Source of the DNA: Candidatus Micrarchaeota archaeon
GTDB taxonomy: Archaea > Micrarchaeota > Micrarchaeia > Anstonellales > Bilamarchaeaceae
Length of the DNA: 64,000 nucleotides
Assembly: GCA_038046765.1 (NCBI GenBank)
Contig: JBBSVN010000010.1
Span: forward strand, 59,337 to 123,336
Direction of reading: 5' to 3'
Shown: positions 28,848 through 38,628 of the stretch, in pieces
Layout: the number at the start of each line of letters is the position of its first letter
Position numbering within the stretch: the first letter of the stretch is position 1
Position numbers and translations under genes: made by a program
Notes under the pieces: model-generated
Told to the model about the DNA's origin: nothing
Seen by the model: the letters and a program-made list of their open reading frames with translations, nothing else
The model's database searches: none

Positions 28848-29843
28848 CTATTTCTTACTTCCTCCTTTAAGCAACATATTTATCGCATCAGGAACCGCAA
28901 TTAAATTTACTGCAATTGTCTTAAACCTAGTTAATAGAGCAAATGTAATTCCTTTAGCTACGGGTATTCCAAATAAACCTAAAACAACTGCTGCAAAACC
29001 CTCACTAAATCCAGTACCAGCAAATGAAGGCAAAGGAGCAAATTCAATCATAGTAATTAATGGCTGGAATAGAAAATAGAACAATACCTCTGGCATTCCC
29101 GCATCTATGGTTATCCCTACGCTCTTTGCTGCAAAATACCAGGAGATTGCTTTAGCGCTCCAGGTTAAACTTAATATTCCAAGTAATTCTGGTGTTCTTT
29201 TTATAACTGCATGTGAGTTTTGTTGCATTCGCTCAAATAAATCATAAACTTTATTAGCTAGCGGGATTGTTTTAGCAAAACTAAATAATCCAAGGAATTT
29301 TTTAGAAAATAAAATCAATACCATTATGATTATCATTGTAATCATTGCAAATGAGGCAAAAACAAGAATCGGTTTATCTTCTGGTTTTAAAAATTGCCAA
29401 AGTAAATAAACTATCGCCGTACTTCCTGCTAAAACTTTTAATGCAAAATCAAAAACAGTTGGTCCCATTACGCTTACAAATGCCTTTTCTGATGGAACAT
29501 TATATTTATAGTGAAGCATTCCGGCTGTTGCAAAGTATCCGCTTCGAGCTGGTGTAAAATCTGCTGCAAGCATTCCAACAAAGTGCGATCTTATAACTTC
29601 AATCCAGGTTGCCTTTACCCCCTGTTCTTCTAATAATATCTTTATTCGTAAAGACATCAAAACGTACATGAATAATAAAAATAATATTGAAATTCCAAGC
29701 AGTACTAGGTCTACCTTTGATATTTCATTTAAGAATTTATCAACTCCAATAAACTGTAAAATAAAGTATATTATTACTACTGATATTATTGCATTTATTG
29801 CTAGTATTAACTTGTTTCGTTGCATTTCTTGCATGTTTATCAC
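28848..29843 (-). CDS. UPF0104 / lysylphosphatidylglycerol synthase TM (flippase-like) protein
   Basis: FTPARSG and P..AG.G..E motifs; multiple TM helices. Confidence 0.85.
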   Translation of the reverse strand: MINMQEMQRNKLILAINAIISVVIIYFILQFIGVDKFLNEISKVDLVLLGISILFLLFMYVLMSLRIKILLEEQGVKATWIEVIRSHFVGMLAADFTPARSGYFATAGMLHYKYNVPSEKAFVSVMGPTVFDFALKVLAGSTAIVYLLWQFLKPEDKPILVFASFAMITMIIIMVLILFSKKFLGLFSFAKTIPLANKVYDLFERMQQNSHAVIKRTPELLGILSLTWSAKAISWYFAAKSVGITIDAGMPEVLFYFLFQPLITMIEFAPLPSFAGTGFSEGFAAVVLGLFGIPVAKGITFALLTRFKTIAVNLIAVPDAINMLLKGGSKK

Positions 29844-29910
29844 TAATCTGTTTTTCTATTTTAAACTTACAATCGCTATGTTTATTAATTATATTATTTT
29901 TAGTTTCCTT

Positions 29911-30474
29911 GTGCCAAACTACTATTTAGATATTGAAACAACTGGTTTAGATTGCAAAAAGGACAAAATTATAACTATTCAGTATCAACGTTTGGACTCG
30001 CGATCTGGTCTTCCAAATGGAGATTTACATATTCTTAAAGAATGGGAAAGCTCTGAAAAAGAAATTATTCAAAAATTCTCTGTTGACTCAGGTATTCTTT
30101 CTAGCAATCCGTTTTCCTTCGTATCTGTTGGTTTTAACTTAAAATTTGAACATAATTTTCTTAATGCCAGATCAAAGCTTCACGCTCTAAATGAAATTGA
30201 CATCCTAAGTAAACCTTTTTTGGATCTGCATAGTTGTGCGGTTATAATGAATAATGGCGCGTTTAAGGATTCTGGCTTAGATAAAATTACGAACAAACCC
30301 CACAGCGGAAGTCCGATTCCTAAATTGTACGAAAACAAAGAATATGATAAAATCATAAAATACATCGAAATCGAAACAACTGAATTTTTGAATTTTTCCT
30401 CCTGGCTATATAAAGAACTGCCCACATGCTTGGCTAATTTTAAGTCTTACTATAATAAAACAGCTAACAAGTAA
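29911..30474 (+). CDS. RNase H-like (DnaQ/YprB-type) 3'-5' exonuclease
   Basis: YYLDIETTG, VGFNLKFE, PFLDL motifs; GTG start at 29911 avoids overlap with the upstream gene. Confidence 0.8.
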   Translation: MPNYYLDIETTGLDCKKDKIITIQYQRLDSRSGLPNGDLHILKEWESSEKEIIQKFSVDSGILSSNPFSFVSVGFNLKFEHNFLNARSKLHALNEIDILSKPFLDLHSCAVIMNNGAFKDSGLDKITNKPHSGSPIPKLYENKEYDKIIKYIEIETTEFLNFSSWLYKELPTCLANFKSYYNKTANK

Positions 30475-31304
30475 GAAACCAAACCTAAAAACAGAGCCAA
30501 TAAACTTATCTTTCTAGCGTATTTGTATGGTTTTTTATCTGGTTTACAAATTATTTTGTATATGATTGTAATCATGAGTAAATTCGCAATTACTAATAAG
30601 CCTACTGCGTAAATATTCGCTTTTAATCCAAAGAAAAATGGCAGTGCAGTAAGCGGTAAAAATATTATGTAAATTATTGTCGCAAGAAAGATTGCGTTTT
30701 GTTCTCCAATCATTGCAGGAAGAGTTTTTGAGTTACGCGCCTTAACATCCCCTTCCAAATCTTCCGTACTCTTTATTATTTCACGAGCAAGACCAGATAA
30801 AAATCCAAGAAGCGCTAGTACAATTGCTATTTTTGATAGTTGTTCGCTAACTACTAAATTACCAAATATAAACGGTATTGCCATTGTTAATCCGATGTAT
30901 AAGTTTCCAACTAACGGCAAATCCTTTAGTTTGTAATTGTATGCTATTGCTAAAATATTAAATATTACTGCAACTAAAAACGCGTTTGTGTTGATAAAAT
31001 ACGCTGCAACTATTGAAACTAAAAAACAAATCCAGGAAAAATAGAACGCAAACTTCTTTGAAATTGTTCCATTAACTAACGGGCGATCATTGCGCTTGTT
31101 TAGCCTGTCGCTTTCTACATCTAAATAATCATTTAACGCAAAGCTTCCCATCTCGCTAAATACTGGCACGATTAATGATAGTATTATTATCGTAGAAAAA
31201 TCCGGCAGTTTTCCAAGTATTATCGTTTCTCCTATTAATACGGCTATCGCGAGCATTATCGCATGTTCGAATCGAACGAGCTTATAAAACTCCTTTATTC
31301 TCAT
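30450..31304 (-). CDS. UbiA-family prenyltransferase (digeranylgeranylglyceryl-phosphate synthase-like)
   Basis: NDYLD...D..N...RPL..G and REIIK..ED..GD motifs. Confidence 0.88.
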   Translation of the reverse strand: MRIKEFYKLVRFEHAIMLAIAVLIGETIILGKLPDFSTIIILSLIVPVFSEMGSFALNDYLDVESDRLNKRNDRPLVNGTISKKFAFYFSWICFLVSIVAAYFINTNAFLVAVIFNILAIAYNYKLKDLPLVGNLYIGLTMAIPFIFGNLVVSEQLSKIAIVLALLGFLSGLAREIIKSTEDLEGDVKARNSKTLPAMIGEQNAIFLATIIYIIFLPLTALPFFFGLKANIYAVGLLVIANLLMITIIYKIICKPDKKPYKYARKISLLALFLGLVSYLLAVLL

Positions 31305-31358
31305 ATTCCATTATTAATCGAACAAACATTAAAAAACATCGTTGTTGTTCTACTATCC

Positions 31359-32306
31359 ATGGCGACCTATAAAGTAGAATTAATCTCCCCGAAAATGAAG
31401 AACGATATAATGTTTGGATTAGCTGATAAAATACCCTATTCAAAAAAAGCCCATATCCACGGTACCTGCGTAAAATTCTTTACAGATAGTGCTGAATTTG
31501 CATCTATGTGGGAAATGAATTTTAGGCACATGCTAGACGAGATACGTCCTCATGCCAGGATATTTGCTATTACTGATAAAACAAAAAAATTGCGCGTACT
31601 ATACGAACCACATTCAAAGACCGTTATCATAAAAAACTGCGATTATTATGGCTGGGTAAAAAGTATTGCACTTGGATTAGTTGCTGACTTTTTTGAAGAT
31701 TTTACTTCTGAACATAGAAGATACTCCATACATGGTTCACTAATTGATTATAATGGACATGGTCTAGCTATTATTGGCCCCTCTGGAAGCGGTAAGACAA
31801 CACTTACCTATGGCTTAATGACTGATTATAGGTATAATTTTCTTACTGATGATTGGTTTTTTGTTCGCATGATGCGAAACGGAACTTTAGTGTTTTCTTC
31901 TGAAAAAAATTCTTACATTCGAGATGACTTAGCATCTAACTGGGCCGAGTTTAAGGATAAGTTATTACATTTGAAAAAAGATAATCACGGTCGGTCTATT
32001 GCAGATATTAAAAGAATTTTTGGTGGCGATCGTATACGCGAGTCTTCAGCATTAAAATCGATTATTTTACTTAGACGTGAAAAAGGCAAAGACGTATTTA
32101 AGAAATTATCTGCTACTGAAGCTCTTGAATTTATGCTAAAAAATGATTTTTGCAACCCTCACCAGTTAGTTAGGAATAAGGTAAAGTTGTTATCGAGAAA
32201 GGAATTCTTTAAAGAACTTTTTAGTAAAGTTCCCGTATATCTACTTAATACAATTGAAACCCCAAAACAAAGCTTAGAGAGGATAAAGAGGTTAGCATAT
32301 GACTAA
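31359..32306 (+). CDS. HPr-kinase-like P-loop protein
   Basis: IHGS, GPSGSGKTT, FLTDDW motifs (HPrK/PEPCK-type). Confidence 0.8.
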   Translation: MATYKVELISPKMKNDIMFGLADKIPYSKKAHIHGTCVKFFTDSAEFASMWEMNFRHMLDEIRPHARIFAITDKTKKLRVLYEPHSKTVIIKNCDYYGWVKSIALGLVADFFEDFTSEHRRYSIHGSLIDYNGHGLAIIGPSGSGKTTLTYGLMTDYRYNFLTDDWFFVRMMRNGTLVFSSEKNSYIRDDLASNWAEFKDKLLHLKKDNHGRSIADIKRIFGGDRIRESSALKSIILLRREKGKDVFKKLSATEALEFMLKNDFCNPHQLVRNKVKLLSRKEFFKELFSKVPVYLLNTIETPKQSLERIKRLAYD

Positions 32307-33165
32307 TGGTAATTCTAAATTCAAAGTTGCATTATTACAAATGAAGATGTCCGACTCTGTATCGGAAAATTTGAAAAAAGCAGTAAAAATGATCAAAAGC
32401 GCTTCGAAAAAAGGAGCGAATATTGTTTGTTTGCCTGAACTATTTAATACGCCTTATTTTCCAATTCAGGAGAAAGCAGATGCTCTAAAATATGCAGAAT
32501 CAATTCCAGGTCCAACTAGCGAAGTACTCTCTATTGCTGCAAAAGAAGCGAACGTAGTTCTTGTTGCGGGTTCAATTTACGAAAAAGATTCTGCAACTGG
32601 AAAACTCTACAATACTTCTATGGTGTTTGATGAAAACGGATTAATGCTAGGCAAATATAGAAAAATGCATATACCTCATGATCCTGGTTTTTATGAACAG
32701 AATTATTTTGAAAAAGGAGATTTAGGTTACAAAGTTTTTCAAACAAAATACGGCAATGTAGGAATTCTTATTTGCTATGATCAGTGGTTTCCAGAAGCAG
32801 CTAGAACCTTGGCTTTGATGGGAGCTGATATTATATTCTATCCAACTGCAATCGGTTGGGCGAAGAATGTTGAACCTGTTGAAGGAAACTGGCAAAAAGC
32901 ATGGGAAGGAGTTCAAGTTGGTCATGCTATTGCTAATAATTTAATAATCGCTCCAGTTAACCGATGCGGTGTTGAAAAAAATACTACTTTTTGGGGAGGA
33001 AGTTTTGTTTCAAACGCTTTTGGTGCGATTCTAGCTAAGGGAAAAGACAAGGAAAAAATAATTATTACAGAATGCGACTTAGCACACAGCAAGCATGTCA
33101 GGGAAGGTTGGAGATTCTTTTATAATCGAAGACCAGAGAGCTATGGGAAATTGGTGGAGAAATAA
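32299..33165 (+). CDS. aguB: carbon-nitrogen hydrolase, N-carbamoylputrescine amidase
   Basis: LPELF, YRKMHIP, ICYDQWFPE, YPTAIG, RRPESY; agmatine deiminase gene lies across the island. Confidence 0.85.
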   Translation: MTNGNSKFKVALLQMKMSDSVSENLKKAVKMIKSASKKGANIVCLPELFNTPYFPIQEKADALKYAESIPGPTSEVLSIAAKEANVVLVAGSIYEKDSATGKLYNTSMVFDENGLMLGKYRKMHIPHDPGFYEQNYFEKGDLGYKVFQTKYGNVGILICYDQWFPEAARTLALMGADIIFYPTAIGWAKNVEPVEGNWQKAWEGVQVGHAIANNLIIAPVNRCGVEKNTTFWGGSFVSNAFGAILAKGKDKEKIIITECDLAHSKHVREGWRFFYNRRPESYGKLVEK

Positions 33166-33239
33166 ACTACATTATTTATCTAAAGTATGTTTTATAATAA
33201 CTTAATCTTAATAGTTTATCTAATTAAAACGGTGGTAAA

Positions 33240-34091
33240 ATGCCCGACATATCCTCCATTTATAGTTATGCAATGCTTAAGGAAATTATTGAAAAAAGAA
33301 CGGATACGAAAGATCTGGACTTTGTAGTTTTTAATAATTACTTTGAATTAATAATTACCGCTCATCTCAAATTGCACGCTACTTTCGATAAGCGTGTTCG
33401 TGAGGTTCATGACGCGAAAAATTTAGCATCAAAAACCATGTTCTGTGCTAAAATGCTTTTAATTAGAAATATTGTTTATATCTATTCTGCTTATGAACTT
33501 TTTAAAAAAGAATTTAATGATCCTTGTATAGAAATGTTGCGTGTAATTTTAGAGACATCTTTATCCAACTACTTATTGATATATGAAGGTAAAATAGACT
33601 TTTTTGAAAATCAAGGCAAATTGGCACACGATTTTTTTAAAGATCCTGTAAATATACTAGATGAGGAAAAAAGAAAAAAATTTCACGAAACTGCAAAAAG
33701 TTTAAGTTCTAGTGGTACTACACTTCGCAATTTAGCTGAGAAATTATATTCCAACCCAAAATCAGACGAATTGAAAAATTATATTAAATTTGTTGAAGCA
33801 ATTTTAAGTCCTAGTTCTCATGCTAGTTTACTAGGTATCGAATTTAACTACTATCTCCCTAAAGAAAATAAAAAAATCTTAGCAATTGAAATGACTTATT
33901 TGTTAGTATTTAGTTTAATGTCATTTTGGGAGATCTGCTTTGATTATATTGAAAACGATCCAATTAATATCGAACTTAAACTAATCTGCAAGTCTGGTTT
34001 AAATATATCTGAAAATTCTATTATGCCACTTCCGAATAATCCTGAAATCGAAAAAAAGTTAAGAATAACATATGCTTATTTAAACAGTTAA
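33240..34091 (+). CDS. hypothetical protein, DUF5677/HEPN-like
   Basis: LRVILE and LS..SH.S patterns; sits at the defence island edge. Confidence 0.5.
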   Translation: MPDISSIYSYAMLKEIIEKRTDTKDLDFVVFNNYFELIITAHLKLHATFDKRVREVHDAKNLASKTMFCAKMLLIRNIVYIYSAYELFKKEFNDPCIEMLRVILETSLSNYLLIYEGKIDFFENQGKLAHDFFKDPVNILDEEKRKKFHETAKSLSSSGTTLRNLAEKLYSNPKSDELKNYIKFVEAILSPSSHASLLGIEFNYYLPKENKKILAIEMTYLLVFSLMSFWEICFDYIENDPINIELKLICKSGLNISENSIMPLPNNPEIEKKLRITYAYLNS

Positions 34092-34164
34092 CAATTCATT
34101 TTCATCTCAATAAATAAAATATGATTCTCCATTTTTATCAATCAAAACCCTTACTAAAGCAGGG

Positions 34165-34992
34165 TTGGAATTCAATTCCGTTGAAAATTCGCTTAAAAAA
34201 CTCAGTCTTCTGGAAGATAAATATTTGACAAATACGGCAGTTCTTCTTTTTGCAGAGCAACCTGAAAAATTTATCAAAAATGCAAAACTTAGATGTGCTG
34301 TATTTGCCGGAGCTGATACAACTACTGCTATCGATATGAAAGAGTATGTTGGAGATGTACTTTATCTAATCGAAGAGGCACAGAAATACCTTCTTAAGAA
34401 TATTCATATTGGTATGCGTATAGCGGGCTTAGTTCGGGTTGATGTTCCTGAAATAAACGAGGAGGCATTGCGTGAAGCCATTATCAATGCATTTTGTCAT
34501 CGAGACTATTATAATGATGACTCAGTTAATATCGCAGTATTTAGTGATAGAGTTGAAATAAGGAGTCCGGGGTTACTGTATGGTGGGCTCACAATAGAGC
34601 GCATTAGAAATGAAAAAATTTCTGAACGACGGAACGATCTTCTAGCCGATATGCTTCATCGAATACATTATATTGAAAAGTGGGGGCAAGGTATTAGCAA
34701 AATGTTATCAAAAGAACCCTCTGTTTCTTTTAAGGAAGTTGGAAGGCAGTTTATTACTGTTTTTAAACGACAGGAAAAAACCTCTGCTGTGGAGAAAACT
34801 AGGGAGAAAACTAGGGAGAAAATATTGGCTCTAATTAAATCTAATCCATCTATTACTACAGATGAGCTTGCGGATAAACTTAAATTAACTACTAAAGGTA
34901 TAGAATGGCAGGTGTCCCGGTTAAAGTCAAAAGGAGTTCTAAAAAGAATTGGCCCAGATAAAGGCGGACATTGGGGAGTTTTAAAAGAATAA
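34165..34992 (+). pseudogene. 5'-truncated AlbA/RecG-C-like (HATPase_c_4 + wHTH) regulator
   Basis: ALREAIINAFCHRDY, VEIRSPG, IEKWGQG, RIGPDKGGHW; no N-terminal AlbA domain, and an in-frame stop lies just upstream. Confidence 0.7.
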
Positions 34993-35020
34993 GATGATTA
35001 ACTAGTTTGAGGAATTTCTT

Positions 35021-35571
35021 ATGTCTAAAATTTCATCTAATACAAATCTTGATTTAGAACAAAAACTTTGGGCTACTGCAGATAAACTTAGAAACAATAT
35101 GGATGCTGCTGAATACAAACATGTCGTCTTAGGTCTTATTTTCTTAAAATATATTTCAGATGCTTTTGAAGAAAAACATAAACTATTATCGACTGATAAC
35201 GAAGCTGATCCAGAAGATAAGGACGAATATCTTGCAGAAAATATTGGTAGTGGATTCCATAAAATGATTAATGGTTGGGATGAGTACTGCCATCTAAAGC
35301 CGTTGATTGAAGGCGATTTTGATTATTATAAAATTGTTTTTCCAACTACCACTACCACTAAAACTACTATTAAAACTACCACTAAAAAAATAATGAAAAA
35401 GTTGTTCTAGATATCCTAACTAATAATTCCTTACTAACTGCAGAGGATATTGCACAGCAGATAGGTATCGGAAAGGATGGAGTAAGATATCATCTAAAAA
35501 ATCTAAAGAAGAAAGGATTGCTTAGGCGTGTTGGGAGTAGTAAAAAAGGCAGTTGGGAGGTTGTGAAATAA
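35021..35571 (+). pseudogene. chimeric remnant: hsdM N-terminus fused to HATPase_c_4/wHTH C-terminus, frameshifted
   Basis: [34 protein letters not shown] (HsdM_N) is followed by ENIGSGF. One extra A in the A7 tract (35384-35390) would join it to ...TAEDIAQQIG...RRVGSSKKGSWEVVK*. Confidence 0.85.
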
Positions 35572-35763
35572 TTAGTTAGTTAAGTAATCCTAATTTTGAC
35601 CAGACTCACTTTAAAAAGTCAGATTTTTATACTTTAAGTGCGTATGCTCCACATTCTTATTTAAGGCAGTAAAAAATAAGAAAAGAAAATTAGATTAATT
35701 GTTCCTCAAGGCTACTAATCTAATGTAATATTTTTAAATGTTCCTAACTGCGAGGTGGATAAA

Positions 35764-35907
35764 ATGGAATTTGAATTTGCCATATTAGCTGGTAAACCTG
35801 CAATTTTTGCAATAATTGGCTTGTTTATTACTTTTAAGATAACTGGAAGATCGACAGTTGCAATCGTAGCTGGGATACTCTTTGGATTAGCTTCATTTGC
35901 TTTCTAA
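35764..35907 (+). CDS. 47-aa two-TM small membrane protein (not in the ORF track)
   Basis: GAGGTG SD; MEFEFAILAGKPAIFAIIGLFITFKITGRSTVAIVAGILFGLASFAF*. Confidence 0.6.
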   Translation: MEFEFAILAGKPAIFAIIGLFITFKITGRSTVAIVAGILFGLASFAF

Positions 35908-35948
35908 AGAATACAAATAAAATTATTCTTTCTTTTTTTCTTTTTTAA

Positions 35949-37103
35949 TTATTTCACCAATTCCCCACTAAATGCTTTTTGCATAAGCGAATTAAACAGT
36001 TCTTCAGAATATTTCTGGTTTTGAAGTTGTTTTTGTTTTATTAATTCTACTCTCTCAACGATTTTAGAAAATTTTTGTTGAAGATCCAGAGTTGGTACTG
36101 GAATTTCTAATTTTTTTATTATTTGTTGGCTAAGATTTGGTTGAGCAGCACCTACGCATTGAGATATGAGTCTATTCGCAAGTCTTTCTAAACAATGATG
36201 AATATACTCGTAATGTACTAGTTTTGTATCGCATGTTAGTCCTGCAATTGCTTGGTTGGTAGTAGCCTTTATTTTTAATACAGCGATTTTACCGGCAGTT
36301 GCGCCGTACATAGCAACTAAAATTGTATTTGGTTCAAAGTATTTTGCACTACTATTCTGTAATCCAGTTTCTGTAATTTTCTCTTCTGTATCAAAAACAT
36401 ATTTATTATTTACTTCACCAGATTTTACCCATGAAATTGTGCCACCTTCGTAATACTCTGGTCTTGAACGGTTTGGAGTTCCACCACTTGTTATTTCACA
36501 AATAGTTCCAAGACCTATTTTTTTCCAACTTCTAGGATTAGTTTCAGGATCACCAAACATTTCAATAAAAACACTCTGCAAAACCTGATTTGTAAGGGCT
36601 TCGATTTGCTGACGTTTTTGTTTTATGGATTCGGCTTTCTCTAGGATTGTGACGATTTTGTGCTGAGTTGGAAGAGGGGGGATTGGAATTTTAATTTTTC
36701 TAAGTTGCGATCCAGTTATTGCTGAAAAAGTACTGCCTTGTCCACTCTTGGAAATTTCTGCCTCTTTCATTTTTAATATATGACAAAGAAAAAATAAAGT
36801 AAGATTTTCTTTAGGTCTTAAAGCTGCTAATCCTCTACCTATACAACATTCAGAATTCGAGATATTTGTGGCTCCAACTGGAGCTCTTACTGATATTAGA
36901 ATATCATTCTTATTTGCAATCTTAGAAGGGGCGTTACACCACTTTTTAGGGCTAGGATAACGATCTCCAAATTCTGCCTTTCCTTGAAAAAATGGTATTC
37001 CCACTTTATTTTCATTATACGTATTTGACGGGGGTGATTGACCCATAACTATCTCGCAAACATCTCCAAGCTCTTTTTCCCCCCATCCTTTTGGTAAAAT
37101 CAT
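35949..37103 (-). CDS. hsdS: type I R-M specificity subunit
   Basis: Starts LPKGW..KELG; two TRDs (MGQSP; SGGTP) and conserved P.L..Q.KI/F helices. Confidence 0.95.
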   Translation of the reverse strand: MILPKGWGEKELGDVCEIVMGQSPPSNTYNENKVGIPFFQGKAEFGDRYPSPKKWCNAPSKIANKNDILISVRAPVGATNISNSECCIGRGLAALRPKENLTLFFLCHILKMKEAEISKSGQGSTFSAITGSQLRKIKIPIPPLPTQHKIVTILEKAESIKQKRQQIEALTNQVLQSVFIEMFGDPETNPRSWKKIGLGTICEITSGGTPNRSRPEYYEGGTISWVKSGEVNNKYVFDTEEKITETGLQNSSAKYFEPNTILVAMYGATAGKIAVLKIKATTNQAIAGLTCDTKLVHYEYIHHCLERLANRLISQCVGAAQPNLSQQIIKKLEIPVPTLDLQQKFSKIVERVELIKQKQLQNQKYSEELFNSLMQKAFSGELVK

Positions 37104-37357
37104 TAGCGACCACCTATTTGTGAGGTTAATTGCCCAACCATTGCTCCAACTGCACCAAGAACACCAGTGCAAATCAAAACAACTGTCCAACATGCAAAAA
37201 ATGATTTCAGAACTGGAGTCAATGCTGTTGCTTCGGTCGGCCCTGTTAATGGTAAACAAGAAAATCCATCTGGAGTATTAAATTCGATCATAAATCCAAT
37301 AAATAAGCCCAGAAAAGAACCGATGCCTCCAAATAATGCTATTGAACCTTTACTCAT
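37103..37357 (-). CDS. small two-TM membrane protein within the R-M operon
   Basis: Two Gly-rich hydrophobic helices; ATGA and TAATG overlaps with its neighbours. Confidence 0.7.
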   Translation of the reverse strand: MSKGSIALFGGIGSFLGLFIGFMIEFNTPDGFSCLPLTGPTEATALTPVLKSFFACWTVVLICTGVLGAVGAMVGQLTSQIGGR

Positions 37358-38628
37358 TTTATTACCTGTAAATTATAATTACTCTTAATCACGTTATAAT
37401 CTTGCTGTAGGTTAAACTTTAATTCATCAGTTAATTTCTGAATTTCGTCTATAAGTTCTTGAGATATTTTTTTGTCTACAAATCCATGTTCAATTTTTTT
37501 TATTAACGCTTCTTTTTTGTAGCCATTTTTCTCTAAAACTAAAAATACGATAATTGACTTTCTTAAACATTCTAAAGTGAAGTTTAGAATATCCTCTAAT
37601 TTATCTTCCTTAGATAGTTGACCATGAATAAATTCACTTCTTATGGTGTATGCAGTTTTTAGTTTCTTTATTGTTTCTAAATGTTCGTAGTCAAAGATCG
37701 ACATAACCTTAGATATTCTTAAACCAAATCTATATACAAGTTCATCTCTTTCAATCAAATACAAAGCTTCTAGTCCAGAAACAGCATTAGTTATTTTTTC
37801 CTCTACAATTTCATTTGCTAAAACTGCTTTTTCGTATCTATTTAAAGCAATATCAATATGATTATTAGAAGTGTTTAATAATCTCTGATCTAGCTCATGC
37901 TCTTTAAAGAACGCATAAAATTTAGAAATCTCTTCTTTATTTAAATCATTTACTATTAATTTTGGTTCTTGAGATAAATATTTTATATTCCTTAAAGTTC
38001 CAGAAGAATGATTAAACAAGGATTTACTTTTTAGATTATAAAATTTCCAATGGATCGGATGTGGTCTAAATAATCTTAATATTTGAAATATGGATTCGAT
38101 TTTGTGTTGTAATTCTATAAATTGAATTAATTTAAACTTTATTTCACAAATGCTATCGCATAATAGCTCCATATATTCGTAACCGGTTTGAAAATCCTCT
38201 ACCTGAATATCGGTTTCATTAAATTTAAGAAATAGGATATCTTCAGTTAAATTAAATTGATTTATCCCCAATGCTAAGCCTCTGACTCTTACTTTTGAGA
38301 ACTTTTCAGTAGGTAGACCTCTTAAGTCTAATATCGTTTCATTAACAAGAGACTCAATAGTAACATTTGCGTTTGAATTTACTTGGTTAAAAATATTTAG
38401 ACATATTGTCGTAGTTATTCCTCTAGGTTCTCCGATATTTCTAAAAATTTCCATTTCACAAACTGCATTTTCAAATTCATTAGTCGCTAAGACTATTGAA
38501 AGCAGTTTATTTAGGTTTATTCCGTTATTCGAACTTTTAGCTAATTCGCTACATTTTAATCCTAATTTAACTAGACTATCGTTAACAGAAGTATAATTCC
38601 ATGCTTGGTTCTGGGGCTCAGAGATCAT
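37354..38628 (-). CDS. ApeA-like HEPN-domain protein
   Basis: GLEALY...EL.YR...R.S and YTIRSEFIHG (RxxxxH) motifs. Confidence 0.8.
   Translation of the reverse strand: MISEPQNQAWNYTSVNDSLVKLGLKCSELAKSSNNGINLNKLLSIVLATNEFENAVCEMEIFRNIGEPRGITTTICLNIFNQVNSNANVTIESLVNETILDLRGLPTEKFSKVRVRGLALGINQFNLTEDILFLKFNETDIQVEDFQTGYEYMELLCDSICEIKFKLIQFIELQHKIESIFQILRLFRPHPIHWKFYNLKSKSLFNHSSGTLRNIKYLSQEPKLIVNDLNKEEISKFYAFFKEHELDQRLLNTSNNHIDIALNRYEKAVLANEIVEEKITNAVSGLEALYLIERDELVYRFGLRISKVMSIFDYEHLETIKKLKTAYTIRSEFIHGQLSKEDKLEDILNFTLECLRKSIIVFLVLEKNGYKKEALIKKIEHGFVDKKISQELIDEIQKLTDELKFNLQQDYNVIKSNYNLQVIK

Noticed and set aside
34791..34822. 12-bp tandem repeat GGAGAAAACTAG, and ACTACC-type repeats at ~35345-35390
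   Set aside because: These encode the low-complexity linker (TREK, TTTK) typical of this HTH family; not CRISPR or iterons.
37104..37259. N-terminal extension of hsdS in the ORF track
   Set aside because: It overlaps the 2-TM gene; HsdS similarity starts at MILPKGW (37103).
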